64,000 bases of DNA from an uncultured Geobacteraceae bacterium (GCA_964418505.1 CAYQLP010000001.1:1665-65664); one strand, 5' to 3'. Positions 46,166 to 56,946 are shown, counted from the stretch's first letter. Notes: generated from the letters alone by a model not told the origin. Numbers and translations: made by a program.

Positions 46166-46391
46166 GAATGCTCCTTTCTTCACGTATCTGCAAAAAATTT
46201 TAAAGGGGGGGGCATCAGCCGGCGTCACTGCAGCCTCCTTTCCATGTCCCGGTTTCGAGTGCCCATTCAAACACCGGTCTAGACGGCGCGGCGGCAGTAT
46301 GTTAAAAAGATTCTCATTCAGAGGAAAACGAATCATTCTTATCAAGCGCATTAGCCTTGGTTAACCCTGTTTGTCCACCGTCGAGGAGCTC

Positions 46392-47333
46392 ATGCAGACC
46401 CGCTATCTGAAAACCCTGGTGGCAGCCGTCGAAGAAGGGAGCTTTTCGCGGGCCGCCGAACTGCTGCATATTACCCAGTCGGCGGTCTCCCAGCGCATCA
46501 AGCTGCTCGAGGAGTATTTCGGCCACGCGCTCTTCGACCGCAGCGGGGCCACCGTCGAACTGACCCAGGCCGGGCGCCTGGTGCTGGGCAAGGCCCGCGA
46601 GATCCTGCGCAAGGAACGGGAACTGGTCGACAGCCTCAAGGGGCTGGGCGGGGAAAAACGACTGGCGCTGTGCTGCACGCCGACCTTCGGCATGGCCTAC
46701 CTGTCGCCGGTCCTCAACAGCTTTATCCGCGCCCACGCCGATGTTACCGACCTCAAGGTGGTCATCGAGCAGCCGCAGAGCGCCTTGCGCGCGGTGCGCA
46801 ACGAGGAGTTCGACCTGGCCATCATCGAACACTGTCCCGATCAGGAGTTCAACGGGTTGGATCGCTTCATCCTCCCCGATGACGATCTCGTCCTGGTCGC
46901 CCCGCCCGGCACCCTGGCGGCCAACCCCGCGGGGAGCGTCAGCCTTGCCGAGCTGACCCGCTACCGGCTCTTCGCCCGGCGCGACGGCTGCAGCTCCAAG
47001 GAAGTCCTGCGTCAGAACCTCCTGCGCAGCGGTGTCGATTTCAACAACTTCGGTGGAATCTTGATCTCAGACGACCTGCGTTTCGTCATCGATTCTGTGA
47101 TTGGCGGCGAAGGAGTCGCCTTCGTCTCACGCATCCTGGTCGCCGAACACCTGGCCAGCGGCAAACTGGTGGGCCTGACCGTCGAGGGCTTCGCCAACAG
47201 CCGCGGCCGCAGCGTCGCCCTGCTCCCCGGGCGCCACGCTGAACCGCTGATCAGGGGCCTGCTCGACTGCATCTTCCAGATCACCACCCCCGACCGCCAG
47301 CCGCAGATGATCAGCGGGCAGGGACAAGGCTGA
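46392..47333 (+). CDS. LysR-family transcriptional regulator
   Basis: Start at MQTRYLKTLVAAVEEGSFSRAAELLHITQSAVSQRIKLLE (ATG 46392, GAGGAG RBS). Divergent from the mtrA-like gene. Confidence 0.85.
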   Translation: MQTRYLKTLVAAVEEGSFSRAAELLHITQSAVSQRIKLLEEYFGHALFDRSGATVELTQAGRLVLGKAREILRKERELVDSLKGLGGEKRLALCCTPTFGMAYLSPVLNSFIRAHADVTDLKVVIEQPQSALRAVRNEEFDLAIIEHCPDQEFNGLDRFILPDDDLVLVAPPGTLAANPAGSVSLAELTRYRLFARRDGCSSKEVLRQNLLRSGVDFNNFGGILISDDLRFVIDSVIGGEGVAFVSRILVAEHLASGKLVGLTVEGFANSRGRSVALLPGRHAEPLIRGLLDCIFQITTPDRQPQMISGQGQG

Positions 47334-47356
47334 CCGGCACGTTCTCCTGATGACAT

Positions 47357-47403
47357 AAAAAGAGAGCGGGGAAGGGCTGGTGCCCTTCCCCGCTCTCTTT
47401 TTT
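47357..47403. terminator. bidirectional rho-independent terminator
   Basis: AAAAAGAGAGCGGGGAAGGGC-TGGT-GCCCTTCCCCGCTCTCTTTTTT, between convergent LysR and peroxidase genes. Confidence 0.85.
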
Positions 47404-47418
47404 ATTGTCAAGCCAGGA

Positions 47419-48483
47419 TCAGTTGCTCTGCGGCCGCGGCGTGCTGTCGGAGTTCGGCGGCAGCACCGGATGGTCAACCTTCGGCTGCTTGCCGGTCAGG
47501 GTAACCAGGAAAGCGGTGATCTTCTCCGCTTCACTGTCACTGAGGGTCGCGCCCAACTGCGAGGAGCCCATGACCTTGACCGCGCTCTTGAGCTCCCACA
47601 CCTTGCCGGAATGGAAGTAGGGCATGGTGATCGCCACGTTGCGCAGCGGCGGAGAGCGGAAAACGTAGGCATCGGCCTCGGTGTTGGTGACTTTGAAGCG
47701 CCCGACGTCGCCTTTGGGACGGAGCTCTTCCGCCGGGGCCTCGACGACACCGAAGGGATAGTAGTCCTGGCCGCCCAGGTTGACGCCATCGTGGCAGCCG
47801 ACGCAGCCCTTGTCCATGAAGAGCGCCAGCCCTTCGAGTTCGGCGGGCTTCATCGCCTTCTTGTCCCCTTTGAGATACTTGTCGAAGGGGGAATCGGGAG
47901 TGATCAGGGTCGCTTCGAAGATCTCGATGGCCAGGGCCATGTTGTCGAAGGTGATCGGGTCCTTTTCAGCGGGGAAGGCCGCGGCGAAAAGAGGGGCATA
48001 ACCCGGGATGCTCTTCAGGGTGGCGACGACGTTGGCCGGGGTGTTGTTCATCTCCACCGAAGCCTGGACCGGACCCTTGGCCTGGCTGGCCAGGTCTTCG
48101 GCGCGGCCGTCCCAGAACTGGGCGGCATTGAAGACGGCGTTGAGGACCGTCGGCGAGTTGCGCGGCCCCTTCTGCCAGCCGTGGCCGATCGAGGTCTCGA
48201 GGAGGTCGGTGCCGCCCAGGCCAACATTGTGGCAGGTATTGCAGCTGATGATCTGCGAGGACGACAGGCGCGGATCGAAATAGAGCATCTTGCCCAGCTC
48301 TAAACGAGCCGGCGAAGCCGGATTGGCCTTCAGCTGCGGGGCTGACGCCGGGACCGGCTTGAAGGCCGCCTTGGCCCGGGTGAAGAGGTCGTCCTTGGCC
48401 CAGGCGGCCGGGACAAGCAGGCTGACGCCGAGGACAGCGGCGAAAGCGCGCCGGGCGAATTTACTCCTGTTCAGCATGTGCAT
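47419..48483 (-). CDS. ccpA: di-heme cytochrome c peroxidase
   Basis: 354 aa with a signal peptide and two heme motifs, CNTCH and CVGCH (CCP/MauG family pattern). Confidence 0.85.
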   Translation of the reverse strand: MHMLNRSKFARRAFAAVLGVSLLVPAAWAKDDLFTRAKAAFKPVPASAPQLKANPASPARLELGKMLYFDPRLSSSQIISCNTCHNVGLGGTDLLETSIGHGWQKGPRNSPTVLNAVFNAAQFWDGRAEDLASQAKGPVQASVEMNNTPANVVATLKSIPGYAPLFAAAFPAEKDPITFDNMALAIEIFEATLITPDSPFDKYLKGDKKAMKPAELEGLALFMDKGCVGCHDGVNLGGQDYYPFGVVEAPAEELRPKGDVGRFKVTNTEADAYVFRSPPLRNVAITMPYFHSGKVWELKSAVKVMGSSQLGATLSDSEAEKITAFLVTLTGKQPKVDHPVLPPNSDSTPRPQSN

Positions 48484-48599
48484 CTCCTTGGTGTGGGGTG
48501 ACAGACAGATCGCCCCCGGATCCGGAGGCAGCCAATAATTTTAATCTTCTGATAATAGTTATTTGATGACTAGCGGTTTAAACATAATTCCCGCTCTTG

Positions 48600-50033
<1,434 letters not shown>

Positions 50034-50157
50034 GGCTTTGCCTCCGGATCGGTGCTGGGCACCTCCCCCAAGCTTACCCACCGCTCGCCAAAAGTCACGC
50101 CGGGGCCTGTGCAGAGAGGACTGGACGCCTCCCCACCCGTTGATTTATTTTGAGCCC

Positions 50158-51369
50158 ATGAACGACAGACACTCTCCGCTCCGCCGCATCTACCCCTTCT
50201 CCGCCCTGCTCGGCCAGGAGGCACTGCAGACCGCCCTGCTGGTCAACGCCGTCGATCCGCTGATCGGCGGGGTGCTGGTGCGCGGCGAAAAGGGGACCGG
50301 CAAGTCCACCGCTGCGCGGGCCCTGGCCGGGCTCCTGCCGCCGTTGACCGTGGTCGCCGACTGCCCCTGCCACTGCGATCCCGACCAGGCCGACATGCAG
50401 CACACCGCCTGCCGGGAGCGCCGGGCGGCAGGGGAAAGCCTGCCGCGGGCCGCAATGGCAACCCCCTTCGTCGACCTGCCGCTCTCGGCCAGCGAGGACC
50501 GCCTGGTCGGCACCATCGAACTGGAGCGCACCCTGGCCACCGGCCGCCGCCACTTCCAGCCGGGGCTGCTCGCCGCGGCCAACCGCGGCATCCTCTACGT
50601 CGACGAGGTCAATCTCCTCCCCGATCACCTGGTCGACCTGCTTCTCGATGCGGCGGCCTCGGGAGTCAACACCGTCGAGCGCGACGGCCTGCACGACAGC
50701 CACCCGGCGCGCTTCCTGCTGATCGGCACCATGAACCCGGAGGAGGGGGAGCTGCGGCCCCAGTTCCTTGACCGCTTCGGCCTGTGCGTCGCCGTCAGCG
50801 GCCTGCCGGCGGCGGCGATGCGCCGCGAGATCGTCCTGCGCCGCCTGGCCTTCGATCGCGACCCGCAAGCCTTCACCGCCCGTTTCGCCGCTGCCGAAGA
50901 ACTGCTGGCCGGCCAGGTGGAAAGGGCGCGGCAGGCTCTCGAGGCGGTCGACGTGCCGGTTGCGGCCATCGACCGTGCCGTGGAACTGGCCGCCGCCGCC
51001 CGCACCCAGGGGCATCGCGCCGAGCTGGTCCTGGTGCGCACCGCCCGGGCCCTGGCCGCCCTCTGCGAACGCCCGGCGGTCGGCGAAGCCGAGCTGCGCG
51101 AGGCGGCCCTCCTGGTCCTCCCCCACCGCCTGGACGGCGGCGGGCTGAGCGATCCCGAGCGCAACGCCGGACGTCTGGCGGAGATCCTCGCCGAGGCCTC
51201 CAGCCTCTCCCAGGCCCCGTCGCCGGCGGCGGCCGATGAAGAACTCCCCCTGCTCATCGACGAGGACCTGACCATCCCCGGAGCGGCGGCCGCCGGCGCC
51301 ATGTTCTTCACTTACCTCAAAAAAAAAGTCCCGAGCGTCTTTTCACCGCCACTGACCGCGACCTGCTGA
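50158..51369 (+). CDS. ChlI/BchI-like AAA+ ATPase (Mg/Co-chelatase I-type domain) with linker-like tail
   Basis: Start at MNDRHSPLRRIYPFSALLGQEALQTALLVNAV. Walker A GEKGTGKST, Walker B LYVDEVNLL. It ends 42 nt after an A9 run. Confidence 0.8.
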   Translation: MNDRHSPLRRIYPFSALLGQEALQTALLVNAVDPLIGGVLVRGEKGTGKSTAARALAGLLPPLTVVADCPCHCDPDQADMQHTACRERRAAGESLPRAAMATPFVDLPLSASEDRLVGTIELERTLATGRRHFQPGLLAAANRGILYVDEVNLLPDHLVDLLLDAAASGVNTVERDGLHDSHPARFLLIGTMNPEEGELRPQFLDRFGLCVAVSGLPAAAMRREIVLRRLAFDRDPQAFTARFAAAEELLAGQVERARQALEAVDVPVAAIDRAVELAAAARTQGHRAELVLVRTARALAALCERPAVGEAELREAALLVLPHRLDGGGLSDPERNAGRLAEILAEASSLSQAPSPAAADEELPLLIDEDLTIPGAAAAGAMFFTYLKKKVPSVFSPPLTATC

Positions 51370-52196
51370 GCGCCGCACCGCCGCCCCCCGCCAGGCGTCG
51401 CGGCCGGGCCCGGCAGGGGAGTGCCCGGACCGAATCAGGGCGCCGCGGTCGGCGCACCGGCAGCACCCGCCGGCATGCCGGCGAGTTGCTGCACTGCCCC
51501 GACCTGGGGGCAACCGTCGCCGCCATCCTCGCTGATCGCGCGGCTGACGCCCCGCCGCTCCCCCTGCGCCCCGCCAGCAGCGACTGGCACCTGCAGCGCT
51601 TCGCCCAACGCCCCCACCGCCTGGTGCTCTTCGCCGTCGATGCTTCCGACTCCATGGGCGACGGCCCGGAAACCCGCATGGCGGCAGCCCTCGGTGCCGC
51701 GGCCGCCCTGGCCCGCCGCGCCTACCTGAACCGCGACCAGGTGGCGCTGATCACCTTCCGCGACCATGCGGCGACCTTGGTCGTGCCCCCGACCGGGAGC
51801 GCCATGCGCGTCCACCGCCTGCTCCGCCGCCTGGTTGTCGGCGGCGCCACCCCTCTGGCCGACGGCCTGCGCCTGGCCGGCGAGACCCTGCGCAACGCGC
51901 GCCGCAAGGACCCGCTGCTCGAGCTGCTTCTGGTCCTGGTTTCCGACGGCGACGCCACCGTCCCCCTGCGGCGCGGCGGCGACCCCCTGGCCGACGCTTT
52001 GGCCATGGCCGCCGAGCTGCGCCAAAGCGGGATTGCCGGGGTGGTCATCGACACCGGCACCTCGCCGCCGGCCCAGCGCCAGCTGCCGCGCCTCGCCCGG
52101 GAGCTTGGCGCGACCTGCCGGCACCTCCACGAACTGACCGGCAATAACATCCTCCGCCTCCTCGACGCCGGCCTGGCCGCAAGAGTCCAGCCATGA
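51327..52196 (+). CDS. VWA (ChlD/BchD C-terminal-like) reading frame with no canonical start before 51486
   Basis: The -1 frame relative to the ATPase is open from 51240. It reads ...RRGRARQGSARTESGRRGRRTGS...DLGATVAAIL...LVLFAVDASDSMG (MIDAS DxSxS)...GGATPLADGL. The first ATG/GTG/TTG is the TTG at 51486. Confidence 0.65.
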   Translation, partial: SPERLFTATDRDLLSAAPPPPARRRGRARQGSARTESGRRGRRTGSTRRHAGELLHCPDLGATVAAILADRAADAPPLPLRPASSDWHLQRFAQRPHRLVLFAVDASDSMGDGPETRMAAALGAAAALARRAYLNRDQVALITFRDHAATLVVPPTGSAMRVHRLLRRLVVGGATPLADGLRLAGETLRNARRKDPLLELLLVLVSDGDATVPLRRGGDPLADALAMAAELRQSGIAGVVIDTGTSPPAQRQLPRLARELGATCRHLHELTGNNILRLLDAGLAARVQP

Positions 52197-52816
52197 GCCA
52201 CGCGGACATCTCCCTTGCCGCCATCCGCCAGGTTTTAGCCGGCCACCAGCCGGCCCTGCTCCCCGTCGACCGGCCCCACGCGGCAGTCGCCCTGCTCCTC
52301 GCCGAAGGGCCCCAGGCCCCTGAAGCACTCTTCATCCTGCGCGCCCGTCACGAAGGCGATCCCTGGTCGGGGGACATCGGCTTCCCCGGCGGCCGGGTCG
52401 CCCCCGCTGACGGCCACCCCCGCCGCACCGCCGAGCGCGAGAGCAGCGAGGAACTGGCCCTCGACCTGGCCACCTGCGACTACCTCGGGCGCCTTGACGA
52501 CCTGCGCGGCGCCACCCTGCCGATCCTGGTCTCCGGCTTCGTCTACGCCGCCCCCGCCCGCCCCTTCCTGCAGCCCAACCACGAAGTCGCCGCCACCTTC
52601 TGGTTCCCCCTCGACCTGCTCCTTGACCCGGCGCGCCATCGCCTCGAGGAGTTCACCTACCGCGGGCGCGCCACCCGCCAGCCGGTCGCCGACCTCCTCG
52701 GTCCGGGCACCCCGCTGCTGTGGGGGATCACCTACCGCCTGCTGCGCGGCTTTTTCAGCCTGCTCGACCAGCCCTTCGGCCTCGCGGCCCCCCCACCCTC
52801 CCCTGACCGCCAATAA
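52193..52816 (+). CDS. Nudix hydrolase (CoA pyrophosphatase-like)
   Basis: 207 aa with Nudix box GFPGGRVAPADGHPRRTAERESSEELAL. ATGA overlap with the VWA frame stop. Confidence 0.75.
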   Translation: MSHADISLAAIRQVLAGHQPALLPVDRPHAAVALLLAEGPQAPEALFILRARHEGDPWSGDIGFPGGRVAPADGHPRRTAERESSEELALDLATCDYLGRLDDLRGATLPILVSGFVYAAPARPFLQPNHEVAATFWFPLDLLLDPARHRLEEFTYRGRATRQPVADLLGPGTPLLWGITYRLLRGFFSLLDQPFGLAAPPPSPDRQ

Positions 52817-52876
52817 AAAAAGCGGCCCCCTGAGCGGGAGCCGCGAACTGCCAATATTGCGTGACGGGCCGGCCGG

Positions 52877-53524
52877 CTACTGCTGGCCGGGACCGGGGAC
52901 CCTGTAGCGCCTTCCTCCCTGCGAGAAGATCGCCCCGCGCGGGGTGATCTCCTCGAGGACCAGGCCGTCGTCCAGGGACTGCCCCTGGCGCACGATCCGG
53001 TTGTCGATGCGCACCATCCGGCGGGCCGGCTCCTCGGCATAGAAGTGCAGGCTCATCGCCAGGCGCTCAGCCATCTCCGCCGGCGCAGCCTCAACCGCCG
53101 GACGCGGGGCTGCAGGGGCGTTCGTCCGGGTCTCCCTGGCGGCCGGCTGACGGCGCTCGACGACCGGGGCCGGCGCCGGTTTTCTGCTCTCACTGGCGGC
53201 AACCGGGACCGGGACCGGGGCCGGGGCGGCCGGGACCACGGCAGGGGCCACGGGACGGGGGACCGGGGCCGGCGGCGGTGTCTGCGGGGTCGGGGAACTC
53301 GCAGCAACGGGAGGGCTGGCGACCGGCGGGGCAACCATTGCGTCGCGCAACAGCCACCCTCCGACCAGGGCCAGGAGCGCCAGTCCCGGGACCAGGGCAT
53401 AAGGCCACCAGCGCCGCTGTCCGGGACGATTGAGGTCAACGACCTTGTCGCGCGGCGGCTGCCCCCCCTCGTGGAGCCGCCGCCGCTCTTCCGATTTTTT
53501 CAGCGCATCGAGGATGAACGACAT
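52877..53524 (-). CDS. GspB/ExeB-like general secretion pathway protein
   Basis: MSFILDALKKSEERRR N-terminus, one TM segment, a Pro/Ala-rich linker and a C-terminal GspB-type domain. Confidence 0.65.
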   Translation of the reverse strand: MSFILDALKKSEERRRLHEGGQPPRDKVVDLNRPGQRRWWPYALVPGLALLALVGGWLLRDAMVAPPVASPPVAASSPTPQTPPPAPVPRPVAPAVVPAAPAPVPVPVAASESRKPAPAPVVERRQPAARETRTNAPAAPRPAVEAAPAEMAERLAMSLHFYAEEPARRMVRIDNRIVRQGQSLDDGLVLEEITPRGAIFSQGGRRYRVPGPGQQ

Positions 53525-55188
53525 CAGCGCTCTCCTCCCGGCTGGTCAAGGCGCGGGTCCTGGTGGCCCAGGGCGTTGAGCAGGTGAATGACCGTCAGCG
53601 GGCCGAGGGCCCCGTCGGGGACGAGCCCGGCGCTCAGCTGGTAGCGCTTGAGCGCGCCGAGCAGCTGCCCCTCCAGCCGGCTGGCTCCGCCGTCGCGCGG
53701 GTAGAGCCCCAGGGTGGCCAGAGAGCGCGCCAGCCAGGGGATCGCCGCGCCGTCACCGCCGGGGGCGACGGACGCCGTGTAAACCGTCGGCGGCCGCCAC
53801 AAAAGCTGGAATTCGCCGAACCAGCGGCTCTCCAGGACCCGGGCGTCGAGCTCGACGACCTGCCCGCCGGCGACGAAGCGCGCCCGTTGGCCGTCGAGAC
53901 GATCGAGCAGGACATAGAAGGGCTGGCCCCCATCACTGTACAGGGTCAGAACCGCCGGGCGGTTGAGGCTGCGCAGGTTGACCAGGCTGTCCTGGCGGGA
54001 GAGACAGCGCAGCTCGAAAGTTTCGGCAAAGCTGCAGGCATCCCCGGCCCCGGGGCGCACGCTCACCCCCCAGCGCCGGGCCAGGTCGGCGGAAGCCTTC
54101 TCGAGGGACTGGCCGACTGCGAATCCCGCCGGCCAGGTGGTCGGCAAGGCAGCCTGCGCCGCTGCGGGGGCCGCAGCCGCCGCAGCCGCCGCGGGCGCCT
54201 CGGGATGGCGGGGCGGCGCGGGCGCAGCCTCAACCCGGACGGCCGCAGGGGATGGAGACGGTTCGATGGTGACAGCAGGCCGGGAGAGAAGATAGGCGCC
54301 GCCGGCCGCCAGCACCACCAGGGCCGCACTCGCTGCCGCCAACCCGGCAGCCCGGCGCGACAGCCACGCGGGACCGGGGCTTTCGAAGAGCACCTCCCGG
54401 GCGGCCTGGCGGATGATCGCCCGGTTGACCACGCCGAGACCGCGGGTAAAGGCCCCGAGCAGGGCCCGATCACAGATCAGGTTGACCAGGCGGGGAATGC
54501 CGCGCGAGTAGCGGCAGATGCTGCGCAGCGCGGCAGGCGGGAAGATCGGCCGGTCGCAGCCGGCGACTTCCAGGCGGTGACGGACGTAGCCCTGGACATC
54601 GGCGAAGCTCAACGGGCCGAGGTGGTAGCGGGCGGTGATGCGCTGGGCCAGCTGGCGCATGTCGGGGCGGGCCAGGATGGCGCGCAGTTCGGGCTGGCCG
54701 AGGAGGACGATCTGCAGGAGCTTGCGGTCGTCGGTCTCCAGGTTGGTCAGCAGGCGCAGCTGCTCGAGGACGTCGGCGGCCAGGTTCTGGGCCTCGTCGA
54801 TGATCAGTACGGTTTTGCGTCCGGCGGCGTTGGTCTCGAGCAGGCGGGCGTTGAGCCCATCGACCAGGGTCTTGATGCTGGCGCCGGCCGGCCGGGCGAT
54901 GTGCAGTTCGTCGCAGATCGTCTCGAGCAGCTCGACGACGGTCAGCTTGGGATTGAAGATCACCGCCAGGTCGGCCTGAGCCGGGATTTCGCCGAGCAGG
55001 CGCCGGCAGACGGTGGTCTTGCCGGTCCCGACCTCGCCGGTGAGCAGGACGAAGCCGCCGCCGTCGCTCTGCAGCCCGTAGAGCAGGTGGGCCAGGGCCT
55101 CCTGGTGCTGGGCACTCATATAGAGGTAGCGCGGGTCGGGGGCGATGGTGAAGGGCTTTTCGCGCAGGCCGAAGTAGGCCGTGTACAT
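53524..55188 (-). CDS. ExeA/GspA-family AAA ATPase with C-terminal peptidoglycan-binding domain
   Basis: MYTAYFGLREKPFTIAPDPRYLY, Walker A GEVGTGKTT, and a C-terminal LKRYQLSAGLVPDGALGPLT. Confidence 0.8.
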   Translation of the reverse strand: MYTAYFGLREKPFTIAPDPRYLYMSAQHQEALAHLLYGLQSDGGGFVLLTGEVGTGKTTVCRRLLGEIPAQADLAVIFNPKLTVVELLETICDELHIARPAGASIKTLVDGLNARLLETNAAGRKTVLIIDEAQNLAADVLEQLRLLTNLETDDRKLLQIVLLGQPELRAILARPDMRQLAQRITARYHLGPLSFADVQGYVRHRLEVAGCDRPIFPPAALRSICRYSRGIPRLVNLICDRALLGAFTRGLGVVNRAIIRQAAREVLFESPGPAWLSRRAAGLAAASAALVVLAAGGAYLLSRPAVTIEPSPSPAAVRVEAAPAPPRHPEAPAAAAAAAAPAAAQAALPTTWPAGFAVGQSLEKASADLARRWGVSVRPGAGDACSFAETFELRCLSRQDSLVNLRSLNRPAVLTLYSDGGQPFYVLLDRLDGQRARFVAGGQVVELDARVLESRWFGEFQLLWRPPTVYTASVAPGGDGAAIPWLARSLATLGLYPRDGGASRLEGQLLGALKRYQLSAGLVPDGALGPLTVIHLLNALGHQDPRLDQPGGER

Positions 55189-55251
55189 GGTTTCTCCCGG
55201 TTAAAGCTGGCCGCTGTCAGCGGCAGGTGGTCATGATAACGGCCGTGTCGG

Positions 55252-56337
55252 CTACTGTCCAGCGCCCTGCCGCGTCTCCTGGCGCAGGGCCAGGTCGGCC
55301 AGCACCAGGGCGGCCATGCTCTCGACGATCGGCACGGCGCGCGGCACCACGCAGGGATCATGCCGCCCCTTGGCCTGGAGGATCACCGGGTTGCCGTCGT
55401 AATCGGCGGTGGCCTGGGGCAGGCCGATGGTCGCCACCGGCTTGAAGGCGACCCGGAAGAGGAGCGGCTCGCCGCTGGAGATGCCGCCGAGGACTCCTCC
55501 GGCATGGTTGGTGACGGTGCCGAGGCGGTCCCCCTTGCGGATGAAGGGGTCGTTGTGCTGGGAGCCGCGCAGCGTCGTCCCGGCGAAGCCAGAGCCGATC
55601 TCGAATCCCTTGGTCGCCGGCAGGGAGAGCATCGCCTGGGCCAGCTTCGCCTCGAGCTTGTCGAAAATCGGCTCGCCCCAGCCCGCCGGCACGTTGCGGC
55701 ATACACAGCTGACCACCCCGCCGATCGAGTCGCGGGCATCGCGGACCTCGCGGATCAGTGCCGCCATCTCCTCGGCGGCCGGCCCCGGGCAGCGCACCGG
55801 GTGGGCGTCGACCCGCTCGCGGCTGACCAGTTCGCTGTCGATCTCGACGCTCACCGCCCCCACCGCGCTGACCCAGGCGACGATCTCCACCCCGTAGCGC
55901 AGGCGCAGCAGCTTCTCGGCGATCGCCCCCGCCGCCACCCGGCCGATGGTCTCGCGGGCGCTGGCCCGGCCGCCGCCGCTGCGGGCGCGCAGGCCGTACT
56001 TGAACTGATAGGTGAAGTCGGCATGAGAGGGGCGCGGCACCGTATCCATCTCGCCGTAGTCGCCGGGGCGCTGGTCCTCGTTGTGGACCAGCAGGCCGAT
56101 CGGCGTCCCCAGGGTGCGCCCCCCCTCGACCCCGGAGAGGATGGTCACCCGGTCCGCCTCCTGGCGCGGGGTGGAGAGGTCGCTCTGCCCCGGGCGGCGG
56201 CGATCGAGCTGGGCCTGGATATCGGCTGCGGACAGGGGGAGATTCGGCGGACAGCCGTCGACCACCGCGCCGACGCCGACGCCGTGAGACTCGCCGAAGG
56301 TGGCGACGCGAAAGAGCGTACCGAAAGAGCTGGACAT
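55252..56337 (-). CDS. aroC: chorismate synthase
   Basis: 361 aa, [19 protein letters not shown]... with conserved AroC blocks throughout. Confidence 0.95.
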   Translation of the reverse strand: MSSSFGTLFRVATFGESHGVGVGAVVDGCPPNLPLSAADIQAQLDRRRPGQSDLSTPRQEADRVTILSGVEGGRTLGTPIGLLVHNEDQRPGDYGEMDTVPRPSHADFTYQFKYGLRARSGGGRASARETIGRVAAGAIAEKLLRLRYGVEIVAWVSAVGAVSVEIDSELVSRERVDAHPVRCPGPAAEEMAALIREVRDARDSIGGVVSCVCRNVPAGWGEPIFDKLEAKLAQAMLSLPATKGFEIGSGFAGTTLRGSQHNDPFIRKGDRLGTVTNHAGGVLGGISSGEPLLFRVAFKPVATIGLPQATADYDGNPVILQAKGRHDPCVVPRAVPIVESMAALVLADLALRQETRQGAGQ

Positions 56338-56381
56338 CAGCGGACTCCTGAAGGAAATGGCTGATTATAGCAAGACGCCAT

Positions 56382-56414
56382 AAAAAAAGGGACGGAATCG
56401 AATCCGTCCCTTTT
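56382..56414 (-). terminator. rho-independent terminator after the slyD-like gene
   Basis: The minus strand reads GGGACGGATTCGATTCCGTCCC followed by TTTTTTT. Confidence 0.8.
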
Positions 56415-56433
56415 GGCGTTTATCCTCAGCCCG

Positions 56434-56946
56434 CTAGACAATCTCTCTCAGAGTGATCTCGAAGGTCAGATCCTCCCCCGCCAGCGGGTGATTCGAGTCG
56501 AAGGTGATCCCCTCGTCGGTGACCTCGAGGACGGTGACGCCGAACTGCTCGTCATCCTCGCCGGTCAGCACCAGCTCTTCGCCGACTTCCGGGGTGAGAT
56601 CGTCCGGCAGTTGGGCGCGGGGGATGATGACCACGTTGTCCTCGTCGTACTCGCCGAAGGCCTCGGCGGCGGGAACGGTGACGGTGCGCGTCTCCCCGGG
56701 GGCCATGCCGATCAGGGCCGCCTCGATCTGCGGGAAGATGTCCCCCTTGCCGAGGTGGATGTCGATCGGGCCGGGGGCGCAGCCGCACCCCTCGTCGTCG
56801 CCGTGGCCGCTCGAGCAGCAGTCGTCGTCGCCGCAGTCATCGTCGTCGCAGCTGATGCTGCTCAGGGTGCTCTGGAACACCGTGCCGTCGTCGAGGGTCC
56901 CGACCAGGTCGATGCGGACCATATCCCCTTCTTTTACTTGAGCCAT
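56434..56946 (-). CDS. slyD: FKBP-type peptidyl-prolyl isomerase (SlyD-like) with internal Cys/Asp-rich insertion
   Basis: 170 aa with an MAQVKEGDMVRIDLVGTLDDGTVF FKBP core and IF-domain. Inserted segment SCDDDDCGDDDCCSSGHGDDEGCGC. Confidence 0.75.
   Translation of the reverse strand: MAQVKEGDMVRIDLVGTLDDGTVFQSTLSSISCDDDDCGDDDCCSSGHGDDEGCGCAPGPIDIHLGKGDIFPQIEAALIGMAPGETRTVTVPAAEAFGEYDEDNVVIIPRAQLPDDLTPEVGEELVLTGEDDEQFGVTVLEVTDEGITFDSNHPLAGEDLTFEITLREIV

Noticed and set aside
46316-46333. ATTC-N10-GAAT dyad in the LysR / mtrA-like intergenic region as a LysR T-N11-A box
   Set aside because: The spacing and position are plausible, but such short dyads are frequent in AT-rich spacers, so it is not supportable from sequence alone.
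46166-46351. 62-codon N-terminal extension of the decaheme cytochrome ORF
   Set aside because: The extension is not signal-peptide-like. The internal ATG at 46165 has a good RBS and starts a typical signal sequence (MKRERWFSALRLARIAPLLLIAA).
46166-46391. Search for a GEMM-I/c-di-GMP or cGAMP riboswitch upstream of the cytochrome genes (also 35839..35955 and 23286..23431)
   Set aside because: I could not find the conserved GEMM cores (ACGCACAGGGCAAACC-like, GNRA tetraloop/receptor) by eye in any of these leaders. A covariance-model scan would be needed to be certain.
48550-48566. TGATAATAGTTATTTGA upstream of the cytochrome c peroxidase gene as a Fur/PerR box
   Set aside because: Only one half-site resembles the Fur-family consensus and the sequence is not palindromic. 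That is too weak to call without a genome-wide motif model.
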